Assembly (NCBI RefSeq): GCF_009914755.1
Contig: NC_060944.1
From: the human T2T-CHM13v2.0 reference genome, Homo sapiens
Direction: 5' to 3' (one strand)
Length of the DNA stretch: 64,000 bases
Both the position numbers and the translations under genes were made by a program. This document shows positions 1 through 33,115 of this stretch, in pieces; position 1 is the stretch's first letter; every line of letters starts with the position of its first letter. The notes under the pieces were generated by a model. That model worked only from the letters and a program-made list of their open reading frames with translations, made no database searches and was not told the origin of the DNA.

Positions 1-211
1 GCGGGGCCTGCGAGAACGGCATTTTTGCTTAATTGTTTCCATTTCTCAAAAGCTGACCTGTTTTCCTCAAACTTCCCCTTGATTTTCAGGTTGTGAATCG
101 ACTTGGGAATATTTGTGTAATGCCCGGTGAAGTCATGTCAGGTTAAATTTCCGAGACTTAAACTTTTTAAAAAACACAACGCTTCAAGTCTTCTTTGGGA
201 TGTATGTGTAG

Positions 212-535
<324 letters not shown>

Positions 536-869
536 AATATATATGTATATATACACACACGTTTATCATATCTCCTTTTGAGGAGACTGGATAAACAGTG
601 GTTGCCTCTGGGGAAGTTGAAAGAGGGGTGCATGGGGGGATGGGAGACATCTGAGACCCTCTTATACTGCTTGAGGTGTGTACATGTGTTTGCATTTGCT
701 TTGTTGTTATTTCACCTCAGGTGTACACAATCAATTATTGGTACATGAGGCATTATTACTGGCCTATTGTTAGCCTACACTTGCCTACATTTTTTAGGCT
801 GCTTGCTTGCACCTCTGTTTATTATGATATAATAAGTACTAGGGAACCTACTGCCCCAAAGTAGGACCT

Positions 870-1800
870 TAACCACAACCTACATCTCTCTTTATATGGC
901 CTCCTGATGTCCCCTCCCCTCCTCTGCCCTACAACTTAAGAATCAACAGCCTGACTCCTACAGATCTCATTCATTTGCTTTGTCTCTTTAGCAAGTTTTA
1001 TTGTACCTACATGTATTCCTTAAAAAAACAATTTTAATATTTAAAGAATATAAAAAGGGTATGTAATCTTCCAAGAATAACTTTTTTTCACTTAATATTA
1101 TTTTGCTAAGATCATCCAAATTGCTGTCATTGTTTATTGATTTCGACTGCTCTGTAAATATTCCACTGTGTGAAAATGCCAGTTTCTTCACCTACTCTCC
1201 TGTTGATGGGCAATTGGGCCTTTGCCAGGTCTCTGCCATTGTGAACAGTGCTGCTATGATCTTTCTAAAAAGTGTCAGAGTTTCTCGTGAGTGAGTGTGT
1301 ACCTGGGGGTGGTATAAGAGATAATGCCAAAGTGATTGTATTAACTTACACTTCCCTAGCAAGGTATAAGAAATAACGTAGGTCAGTCTCAGTGGCTCAT
1401 GCCTGTAGTTCTGGCACTTTGGGAAGCTGAGGTTGGTGGATCACTTGAGCTCAGGAGTTTGAGACCAGCCTGGGCGACATGGCAAAACTCTGTTTCTACA
1501 AAAAATATACAAAAATTAGCTGGGCGGATGACACACACCTATGCTCCCAGCTACTCTGGAAACTGAGGCAGGAGGAAGCTGACCCTTGGAAGCTGAGGCA
1601 GTGAGTCATGGTTGCGCCACTGCACTCCAGCCTGGGCAACAGAGTAAGAACCTGTCTTGAAAACAAACAAACAAAACCCAAAATGTGAAGCCCATTCTTT
1701 CTCACACTCAGGATTATAAAATGTCTTGATTTTTGCCAACTATATTGATATAAAATGGGATCTCGGTATAGTCTTTTCTTGCATTTTCCATGTAGGTATA
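870..1800 (-). mobile_element. Old L1ME fragment interrupted by an Alu
   Basis: ctcctgttgatgggcaattgggc..ttgtgaacagtgctgctatga; tttgccaac..tataaaatgggatctc. Confidence 0.55.
1381..1680 (+). mobile_element. Alu (AluJ-like)
   Basis: Alu consensus. Confidence 0.9.
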
Positions 1801-1876
1801 ATAGTAGCCAAAAACAAAGTGAAAATGATAAATGTGTTCCACAAATATAATGACAACTGATTAGTCTTATTTTTGA

Positions 1877-2245
<369 letters not shown>

Positions 2246-2296
2246 ATCATGTTTGGTTTTAATGGCTTTATTTCAAGGCTCAAAATTGAAAATCTG

Positions 2297-2298
<2 letters not shown>

Positions 2299-2340
<42 letters not shown>
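2299..2340. repeat. (AC)n microsatellite, ~21 units
   Basis: Read directly. Confidence 0.95.
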
Positions 2341-2345
<5 letters not shown>

Positions 2346-2589
2346 TACAGGGTCTACAGATATAAATGAAAGCAAAGTATCATTGGCCATGCGTAATCAG
2401 TCATGATTCTCCTCTTTCAATCCCATTTGCCTATTACACAGGTTGACTATTCTGTTGAAATCCAGCTAGAAAATTTTAATCTTCCCTCATAATCAGGAGC
2501 TTCTGCAAATTAAAGTGAAGAAGACACATTACTATATTGTACCTGGAACAAATGGATTTCAAGCCCAGGGAAGCTCTTTTTTTTAGAAG

Positions 2590-2898
2590 ATTTTTTTTTT
2601 TCTTTGAGACGGAGTCTCACTTTGTCGCCCAGGCTGGAGTGCAGTGGCATGATCTTGGCTCACGATCTTGGCTCACTGCAAGCTCCGCCTCCCGGGTTCA
2701 TGCAATTCTCCTGCCTCAGCCTCCCGAGTAGCTAGGACTACAGGCACCCACCACCATGCCTGGCTAATTTTTGTATTTTTAGTAGAGACGGGGTTTCACC
2801 ATATTAGCGAGGATGGTCTTGATCTCCTGACCTCGTGATCTGCCCGCCTCGGCCTCCCAAAGTGCTGGGATTACAGGTGTGAGCCACCGTGCCTGGCC
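2590..2898 (-). mobile_element. Alu (AluY-like) with a small internal duplication gatcttggctcac
   Basis: Alu consensus with the ctgcaagctccgcc diagnostic. Confidence 0.95.
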
Positions 2899-2933
2899 AG
2901 AAGATGTTTAAACAGGCTACAAAAATCTGTTGC

Positions 2934-4948
<2,015 letters not shown>

Positions 4949-5222
4949 AATCCGATTTTTTTTTTTAATAGTTGTTAGATAATCCCCTTTGTTCACACAG
5001 AAAGTTAATAAATTTTCAAACATTGTCGCTTTGTAGAAGAAAAATAGAGAATATCTGTAATTCTCGCAACTCTTAAGTATTTTGCCAAGAGATAAACAGC
5101 ATACTTCTGAATTATACAACAGATTCTCCTGGTCACTCTACCTCTCTTTACAAACATTATAAAGATGCCAGAGGCAGGATAATGTAGTAACTAAAAGCAC
5201 AGTTTGGAGCCAACCTGAGTTA

Positions 5223-5661
<439 letters not shown>

Positions 5662-5885
5662 TTAGTGAATTTATATATGTAAACAGGTACAGAACAACAT
5701 CTAGTACATAGATACTACTCTAAGTATTAACAGTTATTTATGATAATGGAGTAAGAGTTATAGTTATCTATGAAAGTAGCACTCATCTGTAATTGGTTAT
5801 TCCACTTAACTAGGCAAAGTTACTGTTTTACATGGAAATATATTTGAAGCAAACAAGCATGTGTGACCTTACTCAACCCTTCTGA

Positions 5886-7166
<1,281 letters not shown>

Positions 7167-7724
7167 TAGTTCATCTGATAACAATTCTTTGAGCCCACTT
7201 TATTGCCTGCCTCTGCTCTAGGCTGGAGATAGAGTGATAAAGACAGGCAAGATCCAGAAGGGATTCAGAGAAGTAACCAGAAAATGTACAAGGTCACTTT
7301 AGAGGGCAATAGGTGCTGTGATCAAAATACTGTGGTAGTGTGATCGGGAGTGACTGGGTGGTAGTGGTGGGTACCTGATTTTGGCTAGAAGTGACCTTTG
7401 AGCTAAAACACAAATGTAATAGCCAGCCATGGAAAGAACCAGGGAGACAGCGTCCCCAGGGGAGGGAGGAGCAACAGCAAAGACTCTTTTAAGCGACCAA
7501 CTTTGGTATGTTTGAAGCAAACTAAGGAGATTCAGGGACTAGGTAGCTCCCAGATAAGAAAAACATGATATGTAAAAATTTGAAAAAAAATATTCAAGGT
7601 CACTTATGATTAAAGAAATGTTAGTTCAAGTAAACGGAAACACTGATTTTCACCTGTCCCGATAGAAAAGATTAAACACACACACATGCTGAGCGTGAGC
7701 CAGCTATTCCATGCCTATGCTGTA

Positions 7725-7922
7725 TTTGTCAAACTCACTGTGCAGAGAAGTCACCTGGGGATCTTGTTAAAATGCAGATTCTGATGCCAGTGTGTCTCAA
7801 AATGTAACATGTATACAGATCACCTGGGGACCTTGTTAAAAGTCAGATTCTGATTTCAGTGCTTCTCAAACTTTGATGTACAGAGGAATCACCCGGGGAC
7901 CTTGTTAAATGCAGATTCAGGG
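7725..7922. mobile_element. Tandem trimer of MER5 (hAT-Charlie MITE) half units
   Basis: Three copies of tcaaa...tcacctggggatcttgttaaaatgcagattc. Confidence 0.8.
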
Positions 7923-8351
7923 CAACAAACATGGAAGGGATGTTCCATCTTACTAATTATAAGGGAATGGCTAGTAAAGCCTGTTCCCACTGTTCTTTTC
8001 ACCTATCAGATCAATAAAAATTTAAAACACTCAGAACATCTACTGTTAGGAAGAGTACAGGGAAATTGGTTTTCTAATGCATTGCTAGTGAGAGCATGAA
8101 TGTTTATAGCCACTTTTGAGGGCAATTTGGCAATACGTTTTTAAATATGTCCTGCCAATCTATCAATTCTGCTTTCCATCTTTTCTCCTCCAGAGAAACA
8201 TTTGCACAGGCGCACAAGGGAGAATGTCCAAGAATGTTTGTTGCAAGTCATTGTTGTAGCAAAAAAAAATGAAGAAACATCCTCAATGTCCAACAATAGG
8301 CAAGTGGCTACATTAAACTGAGGTTTAGCCAGATCATGAAATACCAGGCCA

Positions 8352-9896
<1,545 letters not shown>

Positions 9897-10222
9897 TAAA
9901 GAAAATAAGGAATGTATTCATATACTACTTTATAGTTAAGAATTAACTAAAATAAATAATGATATACTTTCATACAATAGAATTCTATTAAACTATAAAA
10001 AATAATGCATTTCTATGTACATTCATATGGAATATTTTTTATGATATATTAAGTGAAACATCCAAAAGACAAAGTGTACAAATTATGCTGTTAGGCATAT
10101 GTGTACATACACATATATACACATACACATATATACACATATGCCCAACAGCATAATTTGCATTATGCATAATATGTATAACATAATTTGTATAACATCA
10201 TCTCTATATACATTTTAACACG

Positions 10223-11532
<1,310 letters not shown>

Positions 11533-12296
11533 CTATATTATTTTTTAAATGAAAAAGAAACTAGTTAAGTTACTAGTGCACAAACTCAGTTGAAAAGGGA
11601 AATAACCCCTCTACAAATCTTAGCTTCTTCCTCCTCTTTCCCCTCTGCTCCCACACCCCACCCACCCCTTCATGGCTTAAAACTGGAAATGAAATTTGGT
11701 GGAGGAGGATTCTGTTTGGGCAACAACATGGATCCAAGTCTTTATTTATAGAGAAAACAAACAGCCTCTAATTCACCTGCTGGCCCCTACTGGTTTGAAA
11801 GCTCCTGAGCTATAGCAGATGTTCTTCAAGAATAAGAATGCTAAGCTTCCAGACTCCAGGGCAGGGTGTGGCAGGCCTGGAGTGGTCAGTGTCTTGCCTA
11901 CTCCTGAGAAGAATGAATTCCCCATCCTTTGTGGCAGGAGTGAAATCACACCAATTGCTGTTTTCAGGTTCCACTAGTGTCTCCTTATCTTATGCCACAG
12001 TCGGCCTGCCTGACATTTTCTACTAGGGCATGTCCTGAAGCTATTCATTTGTTTAACAAACATTAATTGGGTTGCCACTGGGGGCAAGGCTTTGCTAACC
12101 TTTGGGAATATGAAAGCAAGTCTTTAAAGAAGTTGCAGAGCAATCAGGAGGATAAATAAGTAAACAGCTATAGTACAGTGTGATAAATATGTGATAAAGG
12201 TTCTCACAGAGTGGGCAGGTAAAGCTTCCTCAGAGAGGTGGATTTGTAGCCCTGGCTATGTAGGATGAGATCTTGGGCAGGTAAAGAAGTGAAGTA

Positions 12297-12972
12297 GGTT
12301 GGGTGCAGTGGCTCGCGCCTGTAATGCCAACACATTGGGAGGCCAAAGTGAATGGACTGCTTCCGGCCAGGAGTTAGAGGCTGGCTGGGGCAACATAGTG
12401 AAACCCCGTCTCTACAAAAAATACAGTAATTAGCTGGGTGTGGTGGTGTGTGCCTGTGGTGGCAGCTATCAAAAAAGGTCGAGGGCAGGAGGATTGCTTG
12501 AGCCTGGGAGCTGGAGGCTGCAATGAACTATGATCATGCCATTGCATTCCAGCCTGGGTGACAGAGCAAGACCCTGTCTCAAAAATAAAGTAAAATAAAT
12601 AAAAGCAAAAAAGAAGTGAGTTGAAGTGGGTTTCAGGTAGGGGGACAGCTTGTACAAAGACCAGGAGGGAAGCTGGGTTCGGTGGTTCACGCCTGTAATC
12701 CCAGCACTTTGGGAGGCTGAGGTGGGTGGATCACCTGAGGTCAGGAGTTCAAGATCAGCAGGCCAACATGTCGAAACCCCGACTCTACTAAAAATACAAA
12801 AATTAGCCGGGCGTGGTGGTGCACAGCTGTAATCCCAGCTACTCAACTACTCAGGAGGCTGAGGCAGGAGAATCGCTTGAACCCAGGAGGCGGAGGTTGC
12901 AGTCAGCCAAGACTGTCACTTCACTCTAGCCTGGGAAACAGAGTGAGACTTCATCTAAAAAAAAAAAAAATA

Positions 12973-13004
<32 letters not shown>

Positions 13005-13200
13005 CACACACAACACACACACACACACACACACATATAAACACAAAAAAATTAGTCAGGCATGGTGGCGTGCACCTGTAGTCCCAGCTACTCTGGAGGC
13101 TGAAGCAGGAGACTTGCTTGAACCTGGGAGGCGGAGGTTGCAGTGACAGAGAAAGACTCTGTCTCAAAACAAACAAAAAAACAACCAAACAAAAAACAAC
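12297..13200 (+). mobile_element. Alu 12297-12612, and a compound Alu 12671-13200 with an extra right arm
   Basis: Alu consensus; TSD tacaaagaccaggagg brackets the compound element. Confidence 0.9.
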
Positions 13201-13380
13201 CCCTCCCCACTCACTACAAAGACCAGGAGGCAAAGAGACGGCACTTTTGAGAAACCTTAGTCTGACTAGAGGTGCAGGGAGTACAGGAGATAAGGTGAAG
13301 GAGTTGGGTGGGGAGGAGGTGTGAAGGGTTTCATATGGCAAAAAGAATATGATTAAATAATTTCCTATTTTTCCTTTCCC

Positions 13381-13715
13381 CTGTGAATGTTTGTGCCTCC
13401 CCACAATTCATATGTTGAAATCCTAACCCCCACATGATGGTATTAAGAACACGGCTTTGGGCAGGTGTTTGGATCATGGAGCTGGAACTCTCCTGGAAGG
13501 AATTAGTGCCCTTATAAAAGAGGCATCAGAGAGCTGCCTTCCCCTTCCACCATGTGTGGACACAGCTAGAAGGTGCCATTTATGAGAAAGTGGGGTCCTT
13601 GCCAGACACCGAATCTGCCAGTGCCTTGATCTTGGACTTTCCAGCCTCTAGAACTGCAAGAAATAAATTTTTGTTGTGTGTAAGCTACCCAGTCTACGGC
13701 ACTTTGTTATAGCAG
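13381..13715 (+). mobile_element. MLT1A-like MaLR LTR
   Basis: tgaatgtttgtgcctcccc..attcatatgttgaaatcctaacccc...gccttgatcttggactttccagcctctagaactg..aaataaattt. Confidence 0.8.
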
Positions 13716-13805
13716 TTAGAGGGTGTCTGGGACACCCTCTTTCCCCTGTTAAACCTCAGACACATCCAGAGGCAAATCTCAGGCCTGGTTTGGGAAGGTG
13801 CCTGA

Positions 13806-17104
<3,299 letters not shown>

Positions 17105-17286
17105 ATATATTATTTGATCACAAATACCTTCATACTGTTTTGTTACTACCTGGGCCTCATAAACATTGGAGTCCTGGTTTCAAAGTTGCTTTAAGAATGA
17201 ATGGGTTTTGCATGAGTTGACATGAGTGACTTCTGAATCTCCAGCCCCTAGAGGGTGGTATGTCTGTTACAGAGAAGTAGAAGTAA

Positions 17287-20687
<3,401 letters not shown>

Positions 20688-20764
20688 AGAATTTTTTTTT
20701 TAAAGGAAGTGATACGGTTAGAAATTTTTTCTTTTAAAGGGAAGATTTTTTTTTTTAAAGGAAG

Positions 20765-21131
20765 TGATATGGTTAGGCTTTGTGTTCCCACCCAAATCTC
20801 ATCTTGAATTATGATTCCCATAATCCCCACGTGTCAAGGGAGAGACCAGGTAAAGGTAATTGGATCATGGGGGCGGCTGCTGTTCTCATGATAGTGAGTT
20901 CTCACAAGAGCTGACGGTTTTATCAGGGGCTCTTCCCCTTTCACTCGGCACTTCTCTTTCCTGCCTCTTTGTGAAGAAGGTGCCTTGCTTCCCCTTTGCC
21001 TTCTGCCATGACTGTAACTTTCCTGAGGCCTCCCCAGCCATGCTGAACTGTGAGTTGATTAAACCTTTTTCCATTATAAATTACTCAGTCTCACACAATT
21101 CTTTACAGCAGTATGAAAATGGATTAATACA
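20765..21131 (+). mobile_element. Solo THE1/MST-family MaLR LTR
   Basis: tgatatggtt.ggct...cccacccaaatctcatcttgaatt...gattaaacct...taataca; 5-bp TSD ggaag at 20760-20764 and 21132-21136. Confidence 0.9.
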
Positions 21132-21592
21132 GGAAGCAAGACAAGAAGACAGGATGGGAAGAAATTTTACAAAGACAAATCCTTTTTTTCACCATACTTG
21201 TGTTGAGAGTGACTTTAAAGCAGTATTGTAGTGAAAACGTGATTTTCACTTATCCAGATATTGAACACTGTCTACAGCAACTCAGTAGGAAATAATAAGT
21301 TGAGGATATTCACTGGTAGTCTACTACTGTGTAAGACAGTTTTTGCTATACAACGACCTCAAAATCTCAGTGGTTTTCCACACAAATGTTTATTTATTTT
21401 TTTCCCGGGTCTGTGGGTTCACTGTGGCTCTGTGGAGCTTGGCTCTGGGCTGTGGTTTGGATTGAGGTGTGTTCCATGTGTCTGTTCATTTCTGTTTAGG
21501 CCATCAGTTACTCAGAATCTGTTCTAAGGCAGATCACTCCAGAGCAAGAGGTTGTGTCAAATTCTACAGCCACATTGAAAGCCCCTGTTCCT

Positions 21593-24530
<2,938 letters not shown>

Positions 24531-24549
24531 ACAGATTCTCATCTTCATT

Positions 24550-24755
24550 AAAGGAAGGGAGGAAGACAGGAAGAAAGGAAAACAGGAAGGAAGGAAAGGA
24601 GGGAAGGAAAGAAAAGAAAGGGAGGAGGGAAGGAAAGGAAAGAAGAAAAAGAAGAAAGGAAAAGAAGGAAGGACGGGAAGGAAGGAAGAAAAAGAAAAAG
24701 GAAAAGAGAGAGAAGAAAGAAAAGAAAGAAAGCAAGAAAAGAAGAAAGAAAAGCA
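24550..24755. repeat. Purine-rich (GAAG/GAAA) low-complexity tract
   Basis: About 200 nt almost entirely G and A, directly before the L1 fragment. Confidence 0.9.
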
Positions 24756-24759
24756 GGCC

Positions 24760-27090
24760 ACAAAACAAGCAGAAAACAAATAAAATGGCAGGAGCAAGTC
24801 CTTACTTAACAATAATATAACATTGAATGTAAATGAACTAAAGTCTCCAATCAAAAGACATGGAATGGTTGAATAGATTAAAAAACAAGACCCACTGATC
24901 TGCTGCCTACAAGAAACACACTTCCCCTAAACACACATAGGCTAAAAATAAAGGGATGAAAAAGATATTCTATGCCAATGGAAACCAAAAAAGAGCAGGG
25001 GTAGCTATACTTAAATCAGACAAAATACATTTCAAGACAAAAACTATAAGAAAAGCAGGTCACTATATATAATGTTTATAAAGGGGTGAATTCAGCAAAA
25101 AGATATCGCAGTTTTAAATATATATGCATCCAACTCTGGAGCACCCAGATATATAAAAGAAACATTATTACAGCTAAAGAGAGAGTTAGGCCCTAATACA
25201 ATAATAGCTGGAGACTTCAACACCCCACTTTCAGCATTTGCCAGATCTTCCCGACAGAAAATCAACAAAGAAACATCGGACTTAATCTGCACTATAGACT
25301 AAATGGATCTAGTAGATATTTACAGAACATTTCATCCTATGGCTGCAGAATACACATTCTTTTCCTCAGCACATGGATCATTCTCAAGTATAGACCATAT
25401 GTTAGGTCACAAAACAAGTCTTAAAATGTTGAAAAAAAACTGATGTAATATCAATCATCTTCTCTGACCACAATGGGACAAAACTAGAAATTAATAACAA
25501 GAGGAATTTTGGAAACTATACAAATACCTGGAAATTAAACAACATGCTCCTGAATGACCAATGGGTCAATGAAGAAATTAAGAAGAAAATTTAAAATTTC
25601 TGAGACAAATGATAATGGAAATACAACATACCCAAATCTGTGGAATACAGCAAAAGCAGCATTAAAAGGAAAGTTTATAACTATAAGAGTTTACATAAAA
25701 AGGAGAAAAAACTTCAAATAAACAATCTAATGATGGATCTTAAAGAACTAGAAAAGCAAAAACAAACCAAACCCAAAATTAGTAGAAGAAATAAGAAAGA
25801 TCAGAGCAGAAATAGATGAAATTGAAATGAAAACATAATACAAAAGGTCAATGAAAAAAAGCTGTTTTTTTAAAAGTTAAACAAAATTTACAAACCTTTA
25901 CCCAGACTAAGAAAAAAAAGGGAAGATACAAATAAATAAAATCGGAAATGAAAAAAGGAGGTATTACAGCTGATTCTGCAGAAATTCAAAGGATCATTAG
26001 TGGCTACTATGAGCAACTGCATGTCAATAAATTGGAAAATCTAGATGAAATGGACAAATTCCTAGACACAAACAGCCTACCAAGATTGAATCATGAAGAA
26101 ATCCAAAACCTGAACAGATCATTAACAAGTAACGAGATCAAAACCACAATAAAACGTTTCCCAGTAAAGAAACGCCTGGGACTCGATGGCTTCACTGCTG
26201 AATTCTGCTAAACATTGAAAGAAGAACTAATACCAATCCTACTTAAACTTTTCCAAAAAAGAGAGCAGGAGGGAATATTTCCAGACTCATTCTACAAGGG
26301 CAGTGTTACCCTGATACCAAAACCAGACAAAAACACATCAAAAAAAAGAAAACTACAGGTCAATATCTCTGAAGAATATTGATGCAAAAATCCTCAACAA
26401 AATACTAGCAAACCAAATTCAACAATACATTAGAAAGATCATCATGACCAAGTGGGATTTATCTCTGGAATGCAAGGATGACTCAATATATACAAATCAC
26501 TCAATGTAATACATCATATAAACAGAATGAAGGATAAAAATCATTTGATCATTTGAAATGATGCTGAAAGAGCATTTGATAAAATTCAGCATCCCTTCAT
26601 GATAAAAACCCTCAAAAAACGGGGTGTCAAAGGAACATACCTCAACATAATAATAGCCATATACGACAGACCCACAGCTAGTATCATAACTAATAGGGAA
26701 AAACTGAAAGATTTTCCTCTAAGACCTGGAACATGACAAAGATGCCCACTTTCACCACTGTTATTCAACATAGCACTGGAAGTCCTAGCTAGAGCAATTG
26801 GACAAGAGAAAGATATAAAGGGCATCCAAATTGGAAAGGAAGAAATCAAATTATCCTTGTTTGCAGATGATATGATCTTATATTTGGAAAAACCTAAGGA
26901 CTCCACACAGAAAAATACTATTAGAACTGATAAACAATTTCAGTAAAGTTGTAGGATACAAAATCAACATACAAAAATCAGTAGCATTTCTATACGCCAA
27001 CAGTGAACAATCTGAAAAAGAAAATTTAAAAAGTAATATCATTTACAATAGCCACACACAAAATTAAATACCTAGGAATTAACCAAAGAA
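24760..27090 (+). mobile_element. Internal L1 fragment (L1PB/L1MA age): ORF2 endonuclease through part of the reverse transcriptase, degenerate
   Basis: L1 ORF2 motifs, e.g. ORF 25948..26211 (KLENLDEMDKFLD...DGFTAEF) and ttgtttgcagatgatatg (LFADDM). Confidence 0.92.
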
Positions 27091-27189
27091 CATACGACCT
27101 GGCTTCCTGATGGGCCCACTTCAGGGATTCCCCTTTGGTCCACTGTGCCTTGGGTAGTGGTTTCTGCCTTCTTCAAGAAGGGCTTTTTG

Positions 27190-31727
<4,538 letters not shown>

Positions 31728-32339
31728 TTAAAAAGGAAAAAGGAGAAAACCACAAACTTTAATAAATAGCAAATATTAAATAAGATGGAAGTGAATAATA
31801 GCACATATATATTACTGTAATAAATACAAATGATTTGAATTGTCCTATCAAAGACAAGGAGAGGCTGATAAAGAAAGATACTGAATAACAGAATGGGCAG
31901 ATATGAACCAGGCAAATGAAAAAAAAATACAAAATAAGACTTAGAATGTTATTATGAGATAAAGCATGATTTAAGGCCAAAAGCTATTATTACATAGAAG
32001 GAACAGGTACATGAGAAAAAAAGGAAAAAATGACAAAGAACGTAGAACAGCTACAAACTTTATATGCATCAAACAACATATGGCAAAATATAATAAAAAA
32101 AAAAGCACCCTGGTAATATAAGGAAAGCTTAGTTTTAAAAATGCAATCCTCGAGAGAGATTTTTTAAATATTTCTTTCAGAGTTTACCAAATAGATACAA
32201 ACTAAGAAAGGATTAGAAGAATTGAATAATTCATAAAAATTTAAACTCTACAGAGACTGTGTATTCTTCTCTAATAGTCACCAAATACGTACAAAAATTG
32301 GTCATGTAAATGGCCATACAGAAAACTATTAAATTATAA

Positions 32340-33115
32340 GAAGACATACAAGCAGCCAACAAGCATATGAAAAAATGCTCAACATCCTAATCATGAGAGA
32401 AATATAAATCAAAACCACAGTGAGATAGCATCTCACACTAGTCAGAGTGGCTACCATGAAAAAGTCAGAAAACTAAAGATATTCACAAGGTCGAGGAGAA
32501 AAGGAAACATTTGTACACTGCTTGTGGGAATGTAACTTAGTTCGGCCACTGTGGAAAGCAGTTTGGAGATTTCTCAAAGAACTTAGAACTACCACTCGAC
32601 TCAGCAATCCCATTAATACAAATCATTCTACCAAAGACACATGCACGCATACGTTCATCGCAGCACTATTCACGATAGCAACATGGAATCAACCTAGATG
32701 CCCATCAATGGTGGGCTGGATAAAGGAAATGTGGTACGTACAGCATGGAATACTTCACAACCATAACAACATGAAATCATGGACTTTGCAGCAACATAGA
32801 TGCAGCTGGAGGTCATTATCCTAAGTGAATTAATGCAGGAACAGAAAACCGAACACCACATGTTCTCACTTATAAGTGGGAGCTAAACATTGAGTACCCG
32901 TGGACACAAAGATGGGAACAACAGACACTGGGTTCTACTTGAAGATGGAGGGTGGGAGGAGGGTGAGGGTTGAAAAACTTATTGGGTACTATGGTCACTA
33001 CCTGGGTGACCAAACCATTCATACCCCAAACCCCAGTGACATGCAATTTACCCAGGTAAAAAACCTGCACATGTACCCCCTAAACCTAAAATAAAAGTTG
33101 AAAAAACAAAACAAA
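32340..33115 (+). mobile_element. L1 3' fragment (old L1PA/L1PB)
   Basis: ORF 32522..32824 resembles the ORF2 C-terminus; the L1 3'UTR ends in aataaaagttgaaaaaa. Confidence 0.85.

Noticed and set aside
7741-7920. Regularly spaced direct repeats resembling a CRISPR array
   Set aside because: The units are MER5 MITE halves in primate DNA; the spacers are related to each other and there are no cas genes.
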